NCBI GenBank assembly: GCA_028534125.1
Contig: CM052816.1
Coordinates: 62,808,001 to 62,872,000 of the forward strand
Reading direction: 5' to 3'
Source of the DNA: Lama glama
Taxonomy: Eukaryota
Length of the DNA: 64,000 nt
Part shown: positions 12,290 through 26,369 of the stretch, piece by piece
Layout: every line of letters begins with the position of its first letter
How positions within the stretch are numbered: position 1 is the first letter of the stretch
The notes under the pieces: generated by a model
The model's input: only the letters and a program-made list of their open reading frames with translations
What the model was told of the DNA's origin: nothing
Database searches by the model: none
Position numbers and translations under genes: made by a program

Positions 12290-14260
12290 TGATTTCTTTA
12301 CATATTGTGTGCCCATTAACATAGATTTATAATTATATTTTATGCATGTCTTTTAAATCATATGAAGAAAAAGTGAGGAGTGACAAACCAAAATACAATA
12401 GTGTTGGCATTTTTACTTATTTATGTAGTTACTGTTATTAGTGTTGTTTTCTTCATATGGATTTGAGTTAGTGCCTAGTGTCCTTTCATTTCTGCCTGAA
12501 GAACATTTTCTTAGCATTTCTTGTGGGGCAGGCCTACTAGCAAAGAATTCTTCTAGTTTTTATTTTTCTGGGAATATCTTAACTTCTTTTTTTTTTTAAG
12601 GATAGTTTTGCTGGATGTATAATTATTGTTTGACAGTATTTTCTTCAGCACTTTAAAAAGGTCATCCCACTACCTTTGGCCTCTAGGATTTATGCTGAGA
12701 AATTAGCTGTTATCTTATTGAGAAACCCTTGTATGTGATAAGACTCCTCTTTTGCTGCTTTCAAGACTGTCTGTCTCTGGTGTTCAACAGTTTAGTTAAA
12801 ATATGTCTCATTGTGAATTGCTTTGTGTTTGTTCTTCTTGAAGTTCTTTGACCTTTTACATATGTAGATCCACTTTTCTAACCAAATCGGGAAAGTTTTC
12901 AGCCATTATTTATTCAAATATTCTTTCTGACCCTTTCTCTCCTTGCCTTCTGGGATTCCCATTATGCATATATATTGGTATTCTTCCTGTTGTCTCACAA
13001 TTTCTTAGACTCTGTTCATCTTCCTTCAGTCATTTTACTTTCTGCTCCTCCGACTGGATAATTTAAAATGACCGTTTTAAAAAATTTTCTGGATTCTTTC
13101 TTCTGCCTGCTCAATCTTCTATTGAAAACCTCTAGTGAATTCTTTTTGTTTGTTTTCATTTTACTAATTGCACTTTTCAACTCCAGAATTTCTTTTCTGT
13201 TCTTTTTTATAATCTTTCTTGATAGTATCTATTTGTTGAGACATTCTTCCCCTGGTTTCCTTTAGCTCTTTGAAAAAATGTTAACATAGCTGATTTAAAG
13301 TATTTCTTTGATAAATCAAATGTCTGTGATACTTAAGGGACAGTTGCTGTTACTTTATCTTGTAAATGGACCTACTTTCTTGTTTCTCTACATGCTTTTG
13401 CAATTTTTATGGAAAACTGGAAATTTTGAATATCGTGGTAACTTTGGAAATCAGACTTCTTTTCCTTGGGCTTTTTTTTTGTAGTTTGTTGTATGTTGCA
13501 GTTGTTTATTTGGTGACTTTTCTAAAGTCTATTTTTTTGTCCTGTGGGCCCTCTGAAGTCCCTGTTTCTTTAGTTTGTGTGAAAGGAAGGATGGAAGTGA
13601 TGTAGGGAGGGATGGAGGGAGGGAGCCTGGCTGGCTTATTTGATCTGTGCAGACTGGCTTTCTGTTGGGGCACTGCTTTAATATGTAGCCAGGTTATTTA
13701 CAACTGTGATGTGGCATTAATTTTCTCCTTTGGCTGAGCCTAGAAATCAGCCAAAGAATAAAAGCTTGAGGTCTTCTCAGGTCTTTTCTGAGCATGTATT
13801 CGGCCTGAAAATTCATTTGTCTATCTAAATTCCCCCCATGTACGTGGGTAGTTTTCACTAAGTTTCCCCAGATCTCCCTTCCAGGCTTTCAGCATGCCTA
13901 TTATCTGCCTCAAAAGGCCAAAACAAATAGTTTCTTGAAGAATAAGGTCTGGTCTGGTTTCTCTCTGGAAACCGAGACCAGCATTTCTCTAGTAATGAAG
14001 GCTGATATCTCTCAGGCCACTGTCTTGCCAGTGAGGCTAAGGGGCAAAGGTGATAAAAATGTTGCATACGTTTGCTTGTATTTTCAAGTTACCTTTTACT
14101 TGATTCAGCATTTGTTCAGTTTCTCCAAACCTTTAACTGCTTTCCAGAGATTGGATAAAGTTTACTCTGACTGTTTTTGCTCTATTTTTCAGTGTTTCTG
14201 TGGATTTATGAATGCTTGGAACTACTTAGTCTGCTATTTGACTAACATTCTTTCCATCTT
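12290..14260 (-). mobile_element. Ancient LINE-1 ORF1/5' region
   Basis: T-rich antisense ORF1 motifs: 'gatagttttgctggatgtataatt', 'gctgagaaattagctgttatcttattgag', 'gggaaagttttcagccattatttattcaaatattctttctg'. Confidence 0.8.
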
Positions 14261-14329
14261 TTAAATTGCATCCACATTTAAAAAAGTTAGTTGCTTGTTT
14301 ATTTATTATTTACTATTCAAGTTAGAGCC

Positions 14330-15073
14330 ATTTTCTGCTGTCTAATGATCTTTAGTTGTCTATTCACATTTAAAAGTGAGAAAAAAAGAGTTTATCTGAA
14401 ATACTGTGCACATACATAGGACTTGTTACATGCAGGGTTCAGTGTTAGAGTATTATCTATTTGTATCATTACATTAGCGACCTCCTGGTATATCTTTAGT
14501 TCTTTCATCTGTGGCTGATCAGTTCATAAGAATAAAATTTTCCAGGCATCTCAGAAGATAAGCTTGGCTATTGTAATTTCAAGGGGCATGTAAAAGAAAG
14601 GTGTTGAAGTTATTTCAACATTCAATAAGCATATGTTCACTAAGTCCTCTTAATGTACTAAGCATGTGTTCACTAAATCCCCCTGTAATGCACATGGGGC
14701 TTCCCATTATGGAACCCCTCTGTTTTTTTGGTGAGACATTGAGTGCTTTAGTTACCTATCTTCAGGAAATCATTAGTCAGTCCTCCAGATGTTAGCTCAA
14801 TCTTTATCCTCAGTTTTAAAGTATAATGTGAAGCATTTGGAAGTTCCCCACTGCTAGCTAAAGATTAAGATTTCTTATGTCTGCTGTCAGTTACTACCAG
14901 CCATCTGCTTTCCACCTATAAGTTTTGCTGTGGTTCCTTCTCTCATTTTCTCCATTCTTGTGGACTTACTTCTTTGAAAATACTACTTTTGATAATTACT
15001 ATTATTTTAGTAGAATTTATTGGTGGAGAGGAGCTGGATGTGTTTTTAAACCACCATCTTTATTCTGAAGTCT
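14330..15073 (-). mobile_element. Ancient L1ME/HAL1-like 5'-end fragment
   Basis: Ends in 'ggatgtgtttttaaaccaccatctttattctgaagtc', which resembles the antisense 5' terminus of old L1/HAL1. Highly diverged. Confidence 0.5.
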
Positions 15074-18000
15074 ATTTGCAGGATTTCTCGTTAATCCCCT
15101 TTTCTCTATTTCTTGAATTTGAATTAAGAACTTGTTTCTAGGATTTAAGTTGTAGAAATTTTAAGAGAATTTTTAGGATAAATGGTAGAAATAAATATGA
15201 CAAAATACCCAGAGGAATCTCTGTCTTATGAATAGTCTTACTCGATACGTTTAATATCATTGTGCAATTTTACTTTAAAATAATGTTTTAATTCATTACT
15301 AATCCTTTATTAATGTAACTTAGAGAGTAAAGATAAGACCAGGATCTAAGTACAGAGAGCATTTGACTTAGCATTTAAAGACATCCAAAGGGAAGCATAA
15401 TCTCAGACAGCTCGTCTAATGGAAGTTTAGTTGATTCTTCCTCAACTGCATTTTATCAATTTATTCCTTTACTTTTATCCTCACATCATATTGATAATGA
15501 GCTAAGTCTTTAGTTTTATTTTATTTATTAATCCATTGTTTTATATAAATCTATCAAGTTAACTTGTAGGGAAAAATATTTCAAGACAATGGATTGTTTG
15601 ATTGCTGGGTTAGATCATTAGTGAACTCTTTAATTTCTAAAATTAACATGAAGTTCTCTTCTGCACGGTCAAAATTACAGTTATTTTATTTCACTACTAC
15701 AGTAATTTTTTAAAATCCTTTTAAATATAGGTATTTTTCATGACTTCTAAGGAACTTTTTTCTTGTTAAAGTTTAGCTTATTTAAATAAATGTGTTTGAA
15801 AAATCAGTGAAATGGAAAATATGATTGACTCGTTCAAGCAAAAAGTAATTAAATGCTTGAATTGTTACTCTTGATGACAAATTAAAAAAACTAATAAAAT
15901 TAAATGTGTGGTGTCAAAATGAACAAAAAGTAAAACATCAAACAGAAAAAACCAAGATCAAAGGAACAGACTATACAAATATTGTAAATCAATGAATATC
16001 ACAATCTCAACTAGTAATGATGCTTACATTAAAACTGTGGAGCTACACTGTAGGGAGTTATAGGAAGAATGCTTAAAAAGGTAATTATTTGTGTATCATA
16101 GTGAGCTAAAGACAGTATTAGAGGTTTAGATAAGACTTTTCAATATCAATTATCAGGGTTTCTTAGAAATAAATCTCAGTGATGCCTCCTCTGTGCTCAA
16201 TTCAGGACTCTGTTTTTTAAGTCTTGCATTTGTCAAAGATCTTCTCCAGTCTTGGTGCCTTAGCTTGCTTTCCTTTTCCTCCTGTTAAATTAGTCTTTAG
16301 TTTTGTTTTGATGAAAAAAGAGCTTAAGAATAAAATGTATTTTAAAAGGCTAGGCACTTCAGAATGGGAAAGGTGAAGTCTGATAGAGGCGGTGACCTGA
16401 TAAGAGAAGGTGGTTTTCTCCTCTCAACTCAATTTCAAGTCTGAATTGCAAAGCTAGTCATGATGATCTTGAGAACCATCCAGATCAGTATTAATATCTA
16501 AGTGGTTAAATATTGGGATCGGGTAGAGAGAGAGAGGTTTAGATAGGAAGACACAAGCAGTGATAAATTGTCAGTCACAGCCATCATAAGGAAATGTCAG
16601 AATCAGATTTTCTGGAAGGTCCATTCAGCTTGATATGTCATAAAATTATTCACTTTTAATGTTGGAATATTCTGCAGTAATGTATCTTTTTTTCATTTGT
16701 ATGTGTGTAATTAACCTGTCTTACAGATCATGTAGTTTGTTGTTGCTTGCTGTTTTTGTTTTTATTTTTAACCTATTACAAACTCAGTCTCTTAATGAGA
16801 TTACTTAGTTCATTACATTTAATTGTTCAAAATATACTTTAGAAAGATTAGAAGGGCAGCATTTTAAACTAGAATTCTGAGGAGGAAATACATATTTTGA
16901 GAAGAAATTAATTCCTGTTGGAGAAAGTAAAATACTCAAATTAAGATGGGTTAATTCTACTAGAATGAAACAGAGACACTCCTTAAAGAAAAAAAGTTAG
17001 GAAAAAAATATATATATTTTTCTCTCAAATATTTCTTTTAGAAACTCTAGAGCAAAGAAATATAAACTAAGCCTCAGGGAATGACATGCCTCCTCAGTTT
17101 AAAATATTTCTTCTTTCTTTTTCACAGATGTTCACATAGTCTTCAAGGTAGCTTTTGCCTTTAGAACACTGAAGTCTAATTATTTTAAAATAAGATGTCT
17201 TTCTTATGAAAAATAGCAGTATTTGGTTTGTGTTAGTAGTACAGAGCTTTAATGCATGGCTGTATTAACTCATGAATCCCAGACTCCCTAGTCCAACACT
17301 TAGCTATAAACTTCAGAAATCCCCTCACTAATCACTTTGCATTATCCTTTTTTCACCTTCTTCGTCACTTCTTCTCCATCGTAGACACCCACAGATACAT
17401 ACACAGACACATTATGTTTTTTCCCCCATATGTGTATACAAACATTCTTTGAAATTCAGAGGAAGGGTCTGTGGCTATGATAGATCCCTTTCTGTTGCTT
17501 TGCCACATTAGAAACTTATCGTTGAGCTTCTTGGTTCTTTTCAGGATTTTGGTGGCATCATGGGAATTAACAGGCCCATTTATAGAAAACTGTCAGTACT
17601 CTTTATTTGATACTTCCTTTTAAATTCCAAATTATTATTTTGTGATATATTTTTCATGTCCCTGAAAGTTCAAATTTGAGCCCTGGCTAAACTTCCTAGT
17701 GGCTCAAGGCAGTCTTCCAGAATGCATAGTAATTCCATCTTCTATAATATAATACCACTTCTCCTAAGTTTATATATCTTTCATTACATTTCACCTGCTA
17801 TTTGAGCCTCGATATTTTTCTTATGGATCTGACAATTTACCAACTACGATGTTGTGAGAGTGAGAAATTTGTACTGTAAAAGCATTCTTTGTGTGTGTAA
17901 CCAAACTCTTTCTTCCTCTTTTTAGAACCAGAATGCTAGTGGGGTTTTCATAACCTGTTAATAATGTTCACCTTCAGATATATCACATCATTTCCACTCA

Positions 18001-18312
18001 GTCTAAAGGCAGAATTTCAGTGCTTTATAAGATATTCAATTAAGAATGATTATGAATTTCCATTCCAAGATAAAATATAGCTACAAAATGATTTTTCTTT
18101 TGAATAAGAACAAAAATAATCATCAGTATCCTGATCTATTTTATACTTGAAAATTCTCAAGTCAGATAAAACTTAATTGATTTTTATTTTATGTCCAATA
18201 AAAATGTATTTTTATTTGAAGAATCTCCCATTCCTTTATAGCCTTCTCTTTTTGCCAGTCTTCCACATGTTCACTATCAAGGCTTAGCCAGAGATCTTTG
18301 ATTATAAACCTT

Positions 18313-18519
18313 TTTCTTTACATTTTTTATTGAGTTATAGTCAGTTTACAATGTTGTGTCAATTTCCAGTGTAGAGCACAATTTTTCAGTTATACGTGAG
18401 CATACATATATTCATTGTCGCATTCTTTTTTGCTGTGAGCTACCCCAAGATCTTTTATATATTTCCCTGTGCTATACAGTATAATCTTGTTTATCTATTC
18501 TACATATGCCTGTCAGTTA
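18313..18519 (-). mobile_element. Lineage-specific, heavily 5'-truncated L1 (3'UTR tip, ~207 bp) with TSD
   Basis: T-rich start then 'attgagttatagtcagtttacaatgttgtgtc...'. Flanked by tgattataaacctt (18299-18312) and tgattgtaaacctt (18520-18533), 13/14 identical. Confidence 0.9.
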
Positions 18520-18879
18520 TGATTGTAAACCTTAAACTAAGTCAGAGACAGTTTTGATTGTTAGGAGAAGGAAACTGGGGACTTGGAGTAGCATGCCCAC
18601 CACCTTAAGTGAGAACTGAACCTTTCCTTGGAGTCCTGGGGTAGGGGGTGCAATATTATTAATTAGTTTTCTAGTAGCCATTGATCCCAATGTTTCCCTT
18701 GCTACCGAATCTTGATATTTATAGAACTGAAATGTGTTTAACTATAGAAGAAGAGTCATAATTTAGTCTGTCCGCTTTAAGTTAATCTCATTTTAATTTC
18801 TATATTTCCCAATCTCCTTTGCAGCAAGCGTTCTGAATAACAATTACTCACACAGATTTACGTGTTTTTGTTTTTTTCC

Positions 18880-19213
18880 TAGTGGTGTGGTTCCTCCTGT
18901 GTTGCAGTGTTCCCAGCAGTCTTGATTCTGATCCTGGTATCCTAATCACTGGATCACACCTCAGGTGAGTCTTTCTAAACTCACTAAGTAACAGTATTAT
19001 TCTCATATATCCCCAGTTTGCTGATAGTGGCAACATTAGAGCCCTGGCGTGTAGAGTCAGGTAAGTAGTTCTAGGAATCATCAAGGATCCAGATTAGAAC
19101 TCATTCCTCTAGTCTTTCCAGATTTTGTAAGCATCTAATTCCAGTATTAAATCCTTTTCCGCTTAAAATGCTTAGAAAGGCTTGTGTTTCCTTGACTGAG
19201 CTCTATTGATACA
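18880..19213 (+). mobile_element. Ancient ERVL/MaLR-class LTR fragment (3' end)
   Basis: Ends 'attaaatccttttccgcttaaaatgcttagaaaggcttgtgtttccttgactgagctctattgataca', a typical LTR 3' terminus. Confidence 0.55.
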
Positions 19214-19229
19214 GCCGTACTCTTGTTTT

Positions 19230-19600
19230 TGCAGATATGGTTAGCCATGTGACATAGTAGTTGACAAAGTTATTGGAAGTTTGTTGGACCCTTCTGGTAA
19301 AGATTGTTTTAAGATGAAAGATATAAGGGTATGAAAAGAAGTAGTTGAGCTGTCCTGCTCCTTTGCTTCCTTTTGTTCCTCCTTCTCCCTTTGATCTTTG
19401 TTATGTGTCTTAATATTATAGCAGCTGTCTTGCAAATGTGGTTACCAGATGGCTGAGGATCAAAGGGATAGTAGAGAAGGATGGGAAAAGCCTGAATCCT
19501 TGATGATAGCACTAGGCTGCTAAAGATCTGGACTGACTACTGGATTTGGGCATTGTTAGGTTTCCTGTTACGTGCTGGAAAAAATAATTTCTAATTGATA
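19230..19600 (+). mobile_element. MaLR (MLT1-like) LTR fragment
   Basis: 'gcagctgtcttgc...aagcctgaatccttgatga...tttcctgttacgtgc...ttctaattgata' resembles old MLT1. Confidence 0.55.
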
Positions 19601-19666
19601 AGAATGAATTACCTGTTGACTTTCTCATGGTGCTGTATCAAATGAAAAGGAAGTAAAATTCTCTAA

Positions 19667-20078
19667 TGAAGCAGATGCTCTCTGTGCCCAACTCATGTCC
19701 CTCAGACTTTACCTTCCAAGTGAACCTTACCCAGCCAGGGTTAGTATCTCTCTCCTTGAGGACTTTTCTTGAAATTTCAGAAGGCTTCCTTCCCCCTCCT
19801 AGAGCAGGAGGGGAGTACCGAGGAACCAGTGCCTCCAAGAGTACCCCCCAACTAGTGACTCTCAGAAATTGCTATATAAATGCACCAACTTCCCAGTCTC
19901 TTGGCAGAAAAATTCTGAGGCATGTTGTTTCACACAGTTCCCAGGCTTGCTCACTGTATTAATTTGCTTAATACTGATTCTTTATGGGTTATCTCCTTTC
20001 TCTGTACCTTCTAAGTTGAATAATTACACCTGATTTCTTGTCTCATAATATATTTGTGAGGGAATCCAAGCTAAAATA
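19667..20078 (+). mobile_element. ERVL LTR16-like solo LTR
   Basis: Starts 'tgaagcagatgctctctgtgccc', has internal 'tatataaatgcaccaacttccc' and ends 'gagggaatccaagctaaaata'. Confidence 0.65.
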
Positions 20079-22569
20079 CCTAGCTTGAAGGCAATTTGAA
20101 TATGTCAGATAAAAGAGGTTCTCCTGGTTCAAAGAGCAGTGCAGAGTCCTATGGAAGCCATCTGAGGTTTCATCTCTGACTCCAGCTTTTCAAAGACTCA
20201 GATCCTTTTGATTTGATACATTATTTCAACTTTGGCTGTATGTTGATGATTCCCATCATATGAGTCCTAATGGATACATTTATACAAGTTTTATCCCTCG
20301 CTGCTGTCAGTACAATCTATGATTAATCTACTGACTTGAGTCTACTACTGCTTCCAAAGACAACTTAATTTTAATTCAGTTAGTAGACTATTTCCCTATT
20401 TGTTAAATGCCTTTAACTGAAAATAGAATTTTAAGTTCTCCATAATCAAGTGTCTGCTGTTTCCATGAGTTCAAACCACATGACTTTTTATATGCATATG
20501 TGCAGGCAAAATGGGTAGACTTTATTGTGGAGTTAAAGAAAAATAATCCCGTTCAACATAAAAATGTTTCCCTTCTTTGTTTGCTAAAGTGTTTAAAGAA
20601 GTCTGAGAAAGGTTTCTTAAGGTAACAGGGCATTGTAGGAGAATAATGATACTTTGTTTCCAAGAAAGAACAAATCTGAGCTAGCCAATGCATCACTGAG
20701 GATGTGTTCATTTAAAATATTACTGTGCATTGTCACCTGTCGTATAGAAATGACCCTGTAGAGGTTTCATTTCAATGAGATGGAAAAAGAAGGAGAGGAC
20801 TGGTGAATTATATACCACTCAGGTTAACTATTGTATAATCACGGAGGACCTTGGGGGAGAACATGGAGGTCTGGGTGTCTTGTACACAGAGAAAGATGAT
20901 GAAATGAAAATCAAGCTAAAGGTGATAGTTACTGAACAGCTCTGTCGAAGGGCTACCTTTTTACTAGATTATATGGGAAAAAATATTTTTGAGTAAGAAA
21001 AGAATAATAAGCTAGAGTTAATCTTTGCATCATTTAACCTCCATTTCCTCTTCATAGCACACCTGAATTATGGAATAAGCATAAAACATTTTGCTTTTAC
21101 AGGAAAATTTGTTGGTTTTTTTTTTTGACAGAAAGGACTCAGATGAAAAGTACATTTAAAAATCCAATTTAGAGGGGCAAAATTCAGGAAACTATTTTAT
21201 TTTGTATTGGTGGAAACTGTGTCCCATGCACCTAAGCACATTCGACTGTGTTAATCTTTCATCAAAGCAAGGCCAAGGAAAACTAGTTCGCTTATTACAG
21301 AGTGGTTTTTTTTCTCACACAGAAAATTTCATTTTCATGTGTTTTACCTCATGATAAACATGTCTGATTTTCTACTAGGAAAATTTACAAGGTGTTCCCC
21401 TTCAGTTAGAGGGAGAAAGGGGTTATAAGTTTTGGGAAGTACTTTTCCTGGGAGAAATCTTTCAAGTAACTGTTCACTTATTAGTGCCAAGATTGTGTTC
21501 TATACAACTTACTACAAGAAAGTATAGATGAGAAAAGATTGTAAAATTATTGAGAATAAAGACCTTAACTTACTCATGTGAAGACTCCCACTGCCCATAA
21601 TACTTTGTAATCATTAGATTGTCAATAAATATCTATTGACTAAATGAATGCTAGGTAAGTTTTGACTTCATCCTCAGGGAATTTCTAATCTAGTTGAATT
21701 AGGGAGACATATAGCTGTAACCTGGCCCAGATCACAATATGTATGCACAACCAGTGGGCTTTTTGGTAGCTATTTAGTGGTCAACAGTTTGAAATAAAGA
21801 AAGGTCATACCCAGCTGATAAGAAAAGCCTGTCTCAGGTCAAATTGGACCATTGACACCAACATGTATGAACAATCAAGCATATTGTCTATTTTCAAAAT
21901 TTTGTTGAAGTTTCATTTTATATATACATAAAAAAACTTGCATGAAAGATTCACTTGAGCCAAATATGAAAACATACCATTGTTAAATATAGAGAAACCT
22001 ATTAACTCAGTTCCACAAAGAAAGCTTTAACTCAGTAGTGGGAAAAAAATATTTGAGTCAAACCTGGAATGCCATACTCAAAGGTACACGTGGCGGGTGC
22101 AGGGTTTCCTATATTCTAATGTCAGTACATGACAGGTCTGGAGTTATCTCTAAAAGATTTTAGCCAGTCTGCACATCTTGAAAGTCACCAGCGAGATCCC
22201 CACTTCGTTAATTCACAGAGTTTCTTCAAAATCATAGTTATAACATAGTTTGCTAATGAGCAAGCTTCTTAGATGATGACTAGAAAACGAGATAATGGAA
22301 ATGTCTATAGAGGTTGCCTCAGCAATGTAGCTAAGTTCATCCTCTGATGAATACCTGATAAGACCAAATAAATGCCCCAAGGGTGTGGCTCCCACATACG
22401 TATATAATGAAAATGGTGAATTGTGTATTCACATAAATACAGCATAATGTCATATGTGACATGAGAACGAGAAATAGACTTAACACATACTGAATGCTTT
22501 CTGTGTGTTGAGGGAAGGTTCCAAATACCCCACAAGAGTCATTTCAAATAACCCCACAGCAACACTCGA

Positions 22570-22695
22570 TTATTTCATTTTCTAAAAGAGGAAATTGAGG
22601 CTCTGAGAAGTTAGATTGCCTGCTAAGGTAAGAAGCTGCCAAGGGGCGGTTTGGGATTTGAGGTATCTCTAAAGTCCATACTCTCAGCCGTGATG
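22570..22695 (-). mobile_element. MIR SINE fragment
   Basis: Core 'cattttctaaaagaggaaattgaggctctgagaagttagattgcctgctaaggt'. Confidence 0.75.
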
Positions 22696-23519
22696 AGGTA
22701 GTGACTGTCAGAGGACTGAATACAGAATAGTAGGACAAAGGGTTAAATTGTGTATGCTGCTGGAAAATGAGAAGACTCAACCTAGTCATACACACAGAGG
22801 ACTGGACAGGAGTGCTCTCTGTCCTGGATTCCAGTTCTGCTCAATAGGGAAACATAGTCAGCTCCAGGTGAACTCAGATTACCTAAACTGTAGGTCCTCT
22901 GTCATATACCTAAACTCTTTCCTGCACCATTTATCCAAATTCCCAACAGGAGAGCATCCTTCTCATACAGTCAGGCTTGCTCTACAAACCCAGCTTCCTG
23001 GGACCTATGCAGTTTATTAGGACATGTGGTCAAGCATGACCTAAGCAACATGAACCAGTGGATTCCTATTAGAATGGCGAGATGCTGGGGCATGGATGGT
23101 TTTAGTGATGGTGCAATCTGATTTGGTGGTGGAGACAGATCAGTAGATGATATCAGAAAAAGGTAAGCTAAAGATAATTGCTCACTGGAACAAATTTAGC
23201 TTTGTCCTGTCTGGGAGCCAAGGCAAAAACATAATTCTGTGTGTTTATTAATAGGAATCATTCAAGCATATAGATAAAATTAAATTTACTGTAACACCAG
23301 TCAGAGAGACTTATTAACTGAATTCTTCTGAAAGGGATAACTAAACAGAACAACAATAAATTCAAATTCTTTTCCACAAAAGTGTACAGAATAATCACAG
23401 ATCTGATTTTATATTTTTCCATCTCTGTATTTTATGGGGAGGTGTGAATTTCTGATTAAGGCAAGACTGCTCCCATGTTGTAGCTTAAGGTAACGGTAGT
23501 GTCAGCTTCCCGGTCTCTG

Positions 23520-23661
23520 GTGCACTGCTTACGTAACACCACAGTGAACTCTGGTCATCACTTGTTTATTGTCTGAGAGACACGAGATTATGAGCTCCTG
23601 AGGGCAGGACCTGGGTCTGTCTTGTTTATCTGTGTATCTCAGCACCAGAAGTTCAACAAAT
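23520..23661 (+). mobile_element. L2 3' end fragment
   Basis: 'gagctcctgagggcaggacctgggtctgtcttgtttatctgtgtatctcagcacc'. Confidence 0.75.
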
Positions 23662-25689
23662 TATGCAGTATTTTAAAATATAGTTGTGTGTAACATAAAA
23701 ATTAATTTAAAACTCAGTTTTTCTGGCATACTTTATAGAGCCTTATAGCACAAAAGTAGTAGAAGGGAACTTTGAGAAATCTAGAACATCTTCATATACA
23801 TGAGACAACCAAGGCCTAGGCATTTTAACTGACTTTCCAAATATAAAAGTTTCTAGAAGATACCAAAAGCTTTTGAATGATCTTGTAATCTATTCTGATA
23901 AGAAATGGACTGGAAAAAATGCTTATATTTCAATTGTTCAAGGAAACAACGAAAGGTCTGAATTTCTTTGTTAAAGTATATCATATTAGACAATGTTACA
24001 GATTCAGTGTTGGTATAAAAGTGTGTGGGGGGTGTTAGTTTTCCAACATTTAAAACACTTAGACCTCATCTCTTTTAAAATTGTATAGATTTAGTTCATT
24101 GCCCTTGGAGTAGAACAGTTCACTATAGCAAAAAGTAAATTACCCTGATCTTGTTAACCTTTCTAAGACACTGGTCCTGATCTTATTGAGAATTAATTGA
24201 GGGGAGTAAAAAATTACCCCCTTTTAGCCTTAAAATCAAGAGTAAGCAGACAATATTGCATTTCTGATGCCAGCTTTCCTACTTCTCAGGAAAGAACTGG
24301 ATTTTGATTAAGAATATTACACTGTTTTGAAAAGTATGTTGTGTATGTACATGTATGTAAATGCATGATGTGTGTTTGCATGCTAACTAAAAATAATTCG
24401 GTTCATATCATATTTATTTCTCTGATGTTCTTTATTATATGACCAGTCAGGTATAAATATGTCTGGTTTTATCTATCTTGCAAGCTCTGATTTTACTGTT
24501 TTTCAACAGAGTAATCCACAAGGGAGGTTGTTTATGTACATTATGCCTAAACTAAATACCTACCCTCCATGAAGTGCAATGTCCATGGAACCAGAGCACT
24601 TGTGTTATGTATTCTCCCTGTTGTCCAATTTACAAACTAAGGACCCTTAAGTGCCTCCGATCATTTTCAGTACAATGTGATGTAACTGTTTCACCTACAT
24701 TAGCATTAACAAGTGCAGCACCGCTAACTCTTCACTTAGGGGACTGACATATGGCTCTATTCTGGAAAATGGCTCTAGAACTAATAAACTAGACTTTCTG
24801 CAAGTTATACAGTAGCTGGTGGTAGGTAGCCCCTCTAGAAATCTCCAGGCACAAGTGGTTTTTCTGAAGAAACCACTCTGCTCAGATAGAGCTTTCCTAT
24901 GCCCTCAAAACTACCTGGTAAGGGAGCAAAAAAAAGAACAGCAGACAATCTCTGCTGTCTAATTTAAGTCATGCTAGACAGAGTTTTGAGAAATGAGTAG
25001 ACTGTCTGAAATCTAAAGTCATGTGGTGGGATAAGGGATGTTGTAGCTGCCAGACAGGCCATAGGGGAGCATCTCAGGACTAAAGTTGAAAGAAATTCTG
25101 TCTGCTGTTTGATGAGTGTATGGAAATTCTCCTGGGAGAAACCTTTTAACAAACTTGTCTTTATTTTCAGGGGAAAAGACTAGTTTCCCTGGCATGGCAA
25201 ATAAACAGGAAATTTTAAAACATAATCTCTTCAATCTATGGGGATTATTTTCAGGCATCTGCTGAGTCTTTGGGTGTATTTTTCATCTTGATATCTGATA
25301 TGTTATCTTATCTAAAATAATTATTAAATTAGAATCTCACTCTTGAAACAGATGGATAAAAAAATTCTGGATCTCTAAGCTTCTATTCTATGATGGAATA
25401 ATACAGGGTTTCCATTTATAGGAAGACAGGACAGTGTTTCCTAGACTCGATATCTAAATGGTCATAGAAGTATTTTCCCAAGGAAGAAGTATTTTCCTGC
25501 TGATGGGTAGAAACATCAACTCCTTGAGATGAAATGATACTAAGATTAGTGGTGAGATTTAACTAGGTTCTTCATATTACCCACTCAGGGTAATAAGTGA
25601 AAAAGTGGTCTGCCTTTCTGAACAGCCTGAACAACCTCTCTTGCTTGCCAGTGATGGTGATTTTTATTTCCTGGTTTACTTTGAGTTTA

Positions 25690-26230
25690 CATTAAAACTT
25701 GATTATTTTCAAGCTGTAATCTTGTCAAATTTCCTTCTGTCAGTAAGAAATAATTCTTACCTTATTCTGTGTCTTCTGTTTCCTTCTTCATTTAGCTTGT
25801 GTTTCTTCTCAAGAAACTTCCTCAGGAATACTGAGTGAGAGATAAACTTGGAGTCCTTTTGTGTCTGAAATATATTTGTCCTCACATTTAAATAATAATT
25901 TTGAGTGGTAAAAAAAAAATTCCAGGTTGAAAATAATTTTCCCTGAAAAATTTGAAGTTGTTTTCAGTTGTCTTCTAACTTTAGTTTTATTGGTGAAAAG
26001 TATGATGTTTGTCTGATTCTCATTCTTTTTGGTTGTATGGTTTTTGTTTTCTGGGCATTATTAGGATCTTAACCCTTGGGATTATAAAATATGAAAATAT
26101 GTTTTGGATATATCACTTTTAGGCATCCCATTCGTAAATTACTAAATTTTGTAATTACTTCATTTCAATATGAAGACTCCTGTTTTCATCAGCCACCTGA
26201 AATTATTAAACTTTCTTTGAAACATTTTTC
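25690..26230 (-). mobile_element. Ancient L1ME/HAL1 ORF1-region fragment
   Basis: 'aaaattccaggttgaaaataattttccctgaaaaatttgaag...gaaaagtatgatgtttgtctgattctc' antisense ORF1-like motifs. Confidence 0.6.
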
Positions 26231-26369
26231 TTTTGAACTTGTGGCTATAGTGCCGAGTTCATACCTGTTGCCCACTCATTCATACCCATCTACAAATACA
26301 AAGTAGTGACAGATAATGTATGTTTATGATTTGAAATATGTACCAAGTAATAAAATGTCAGTTTAAGTG

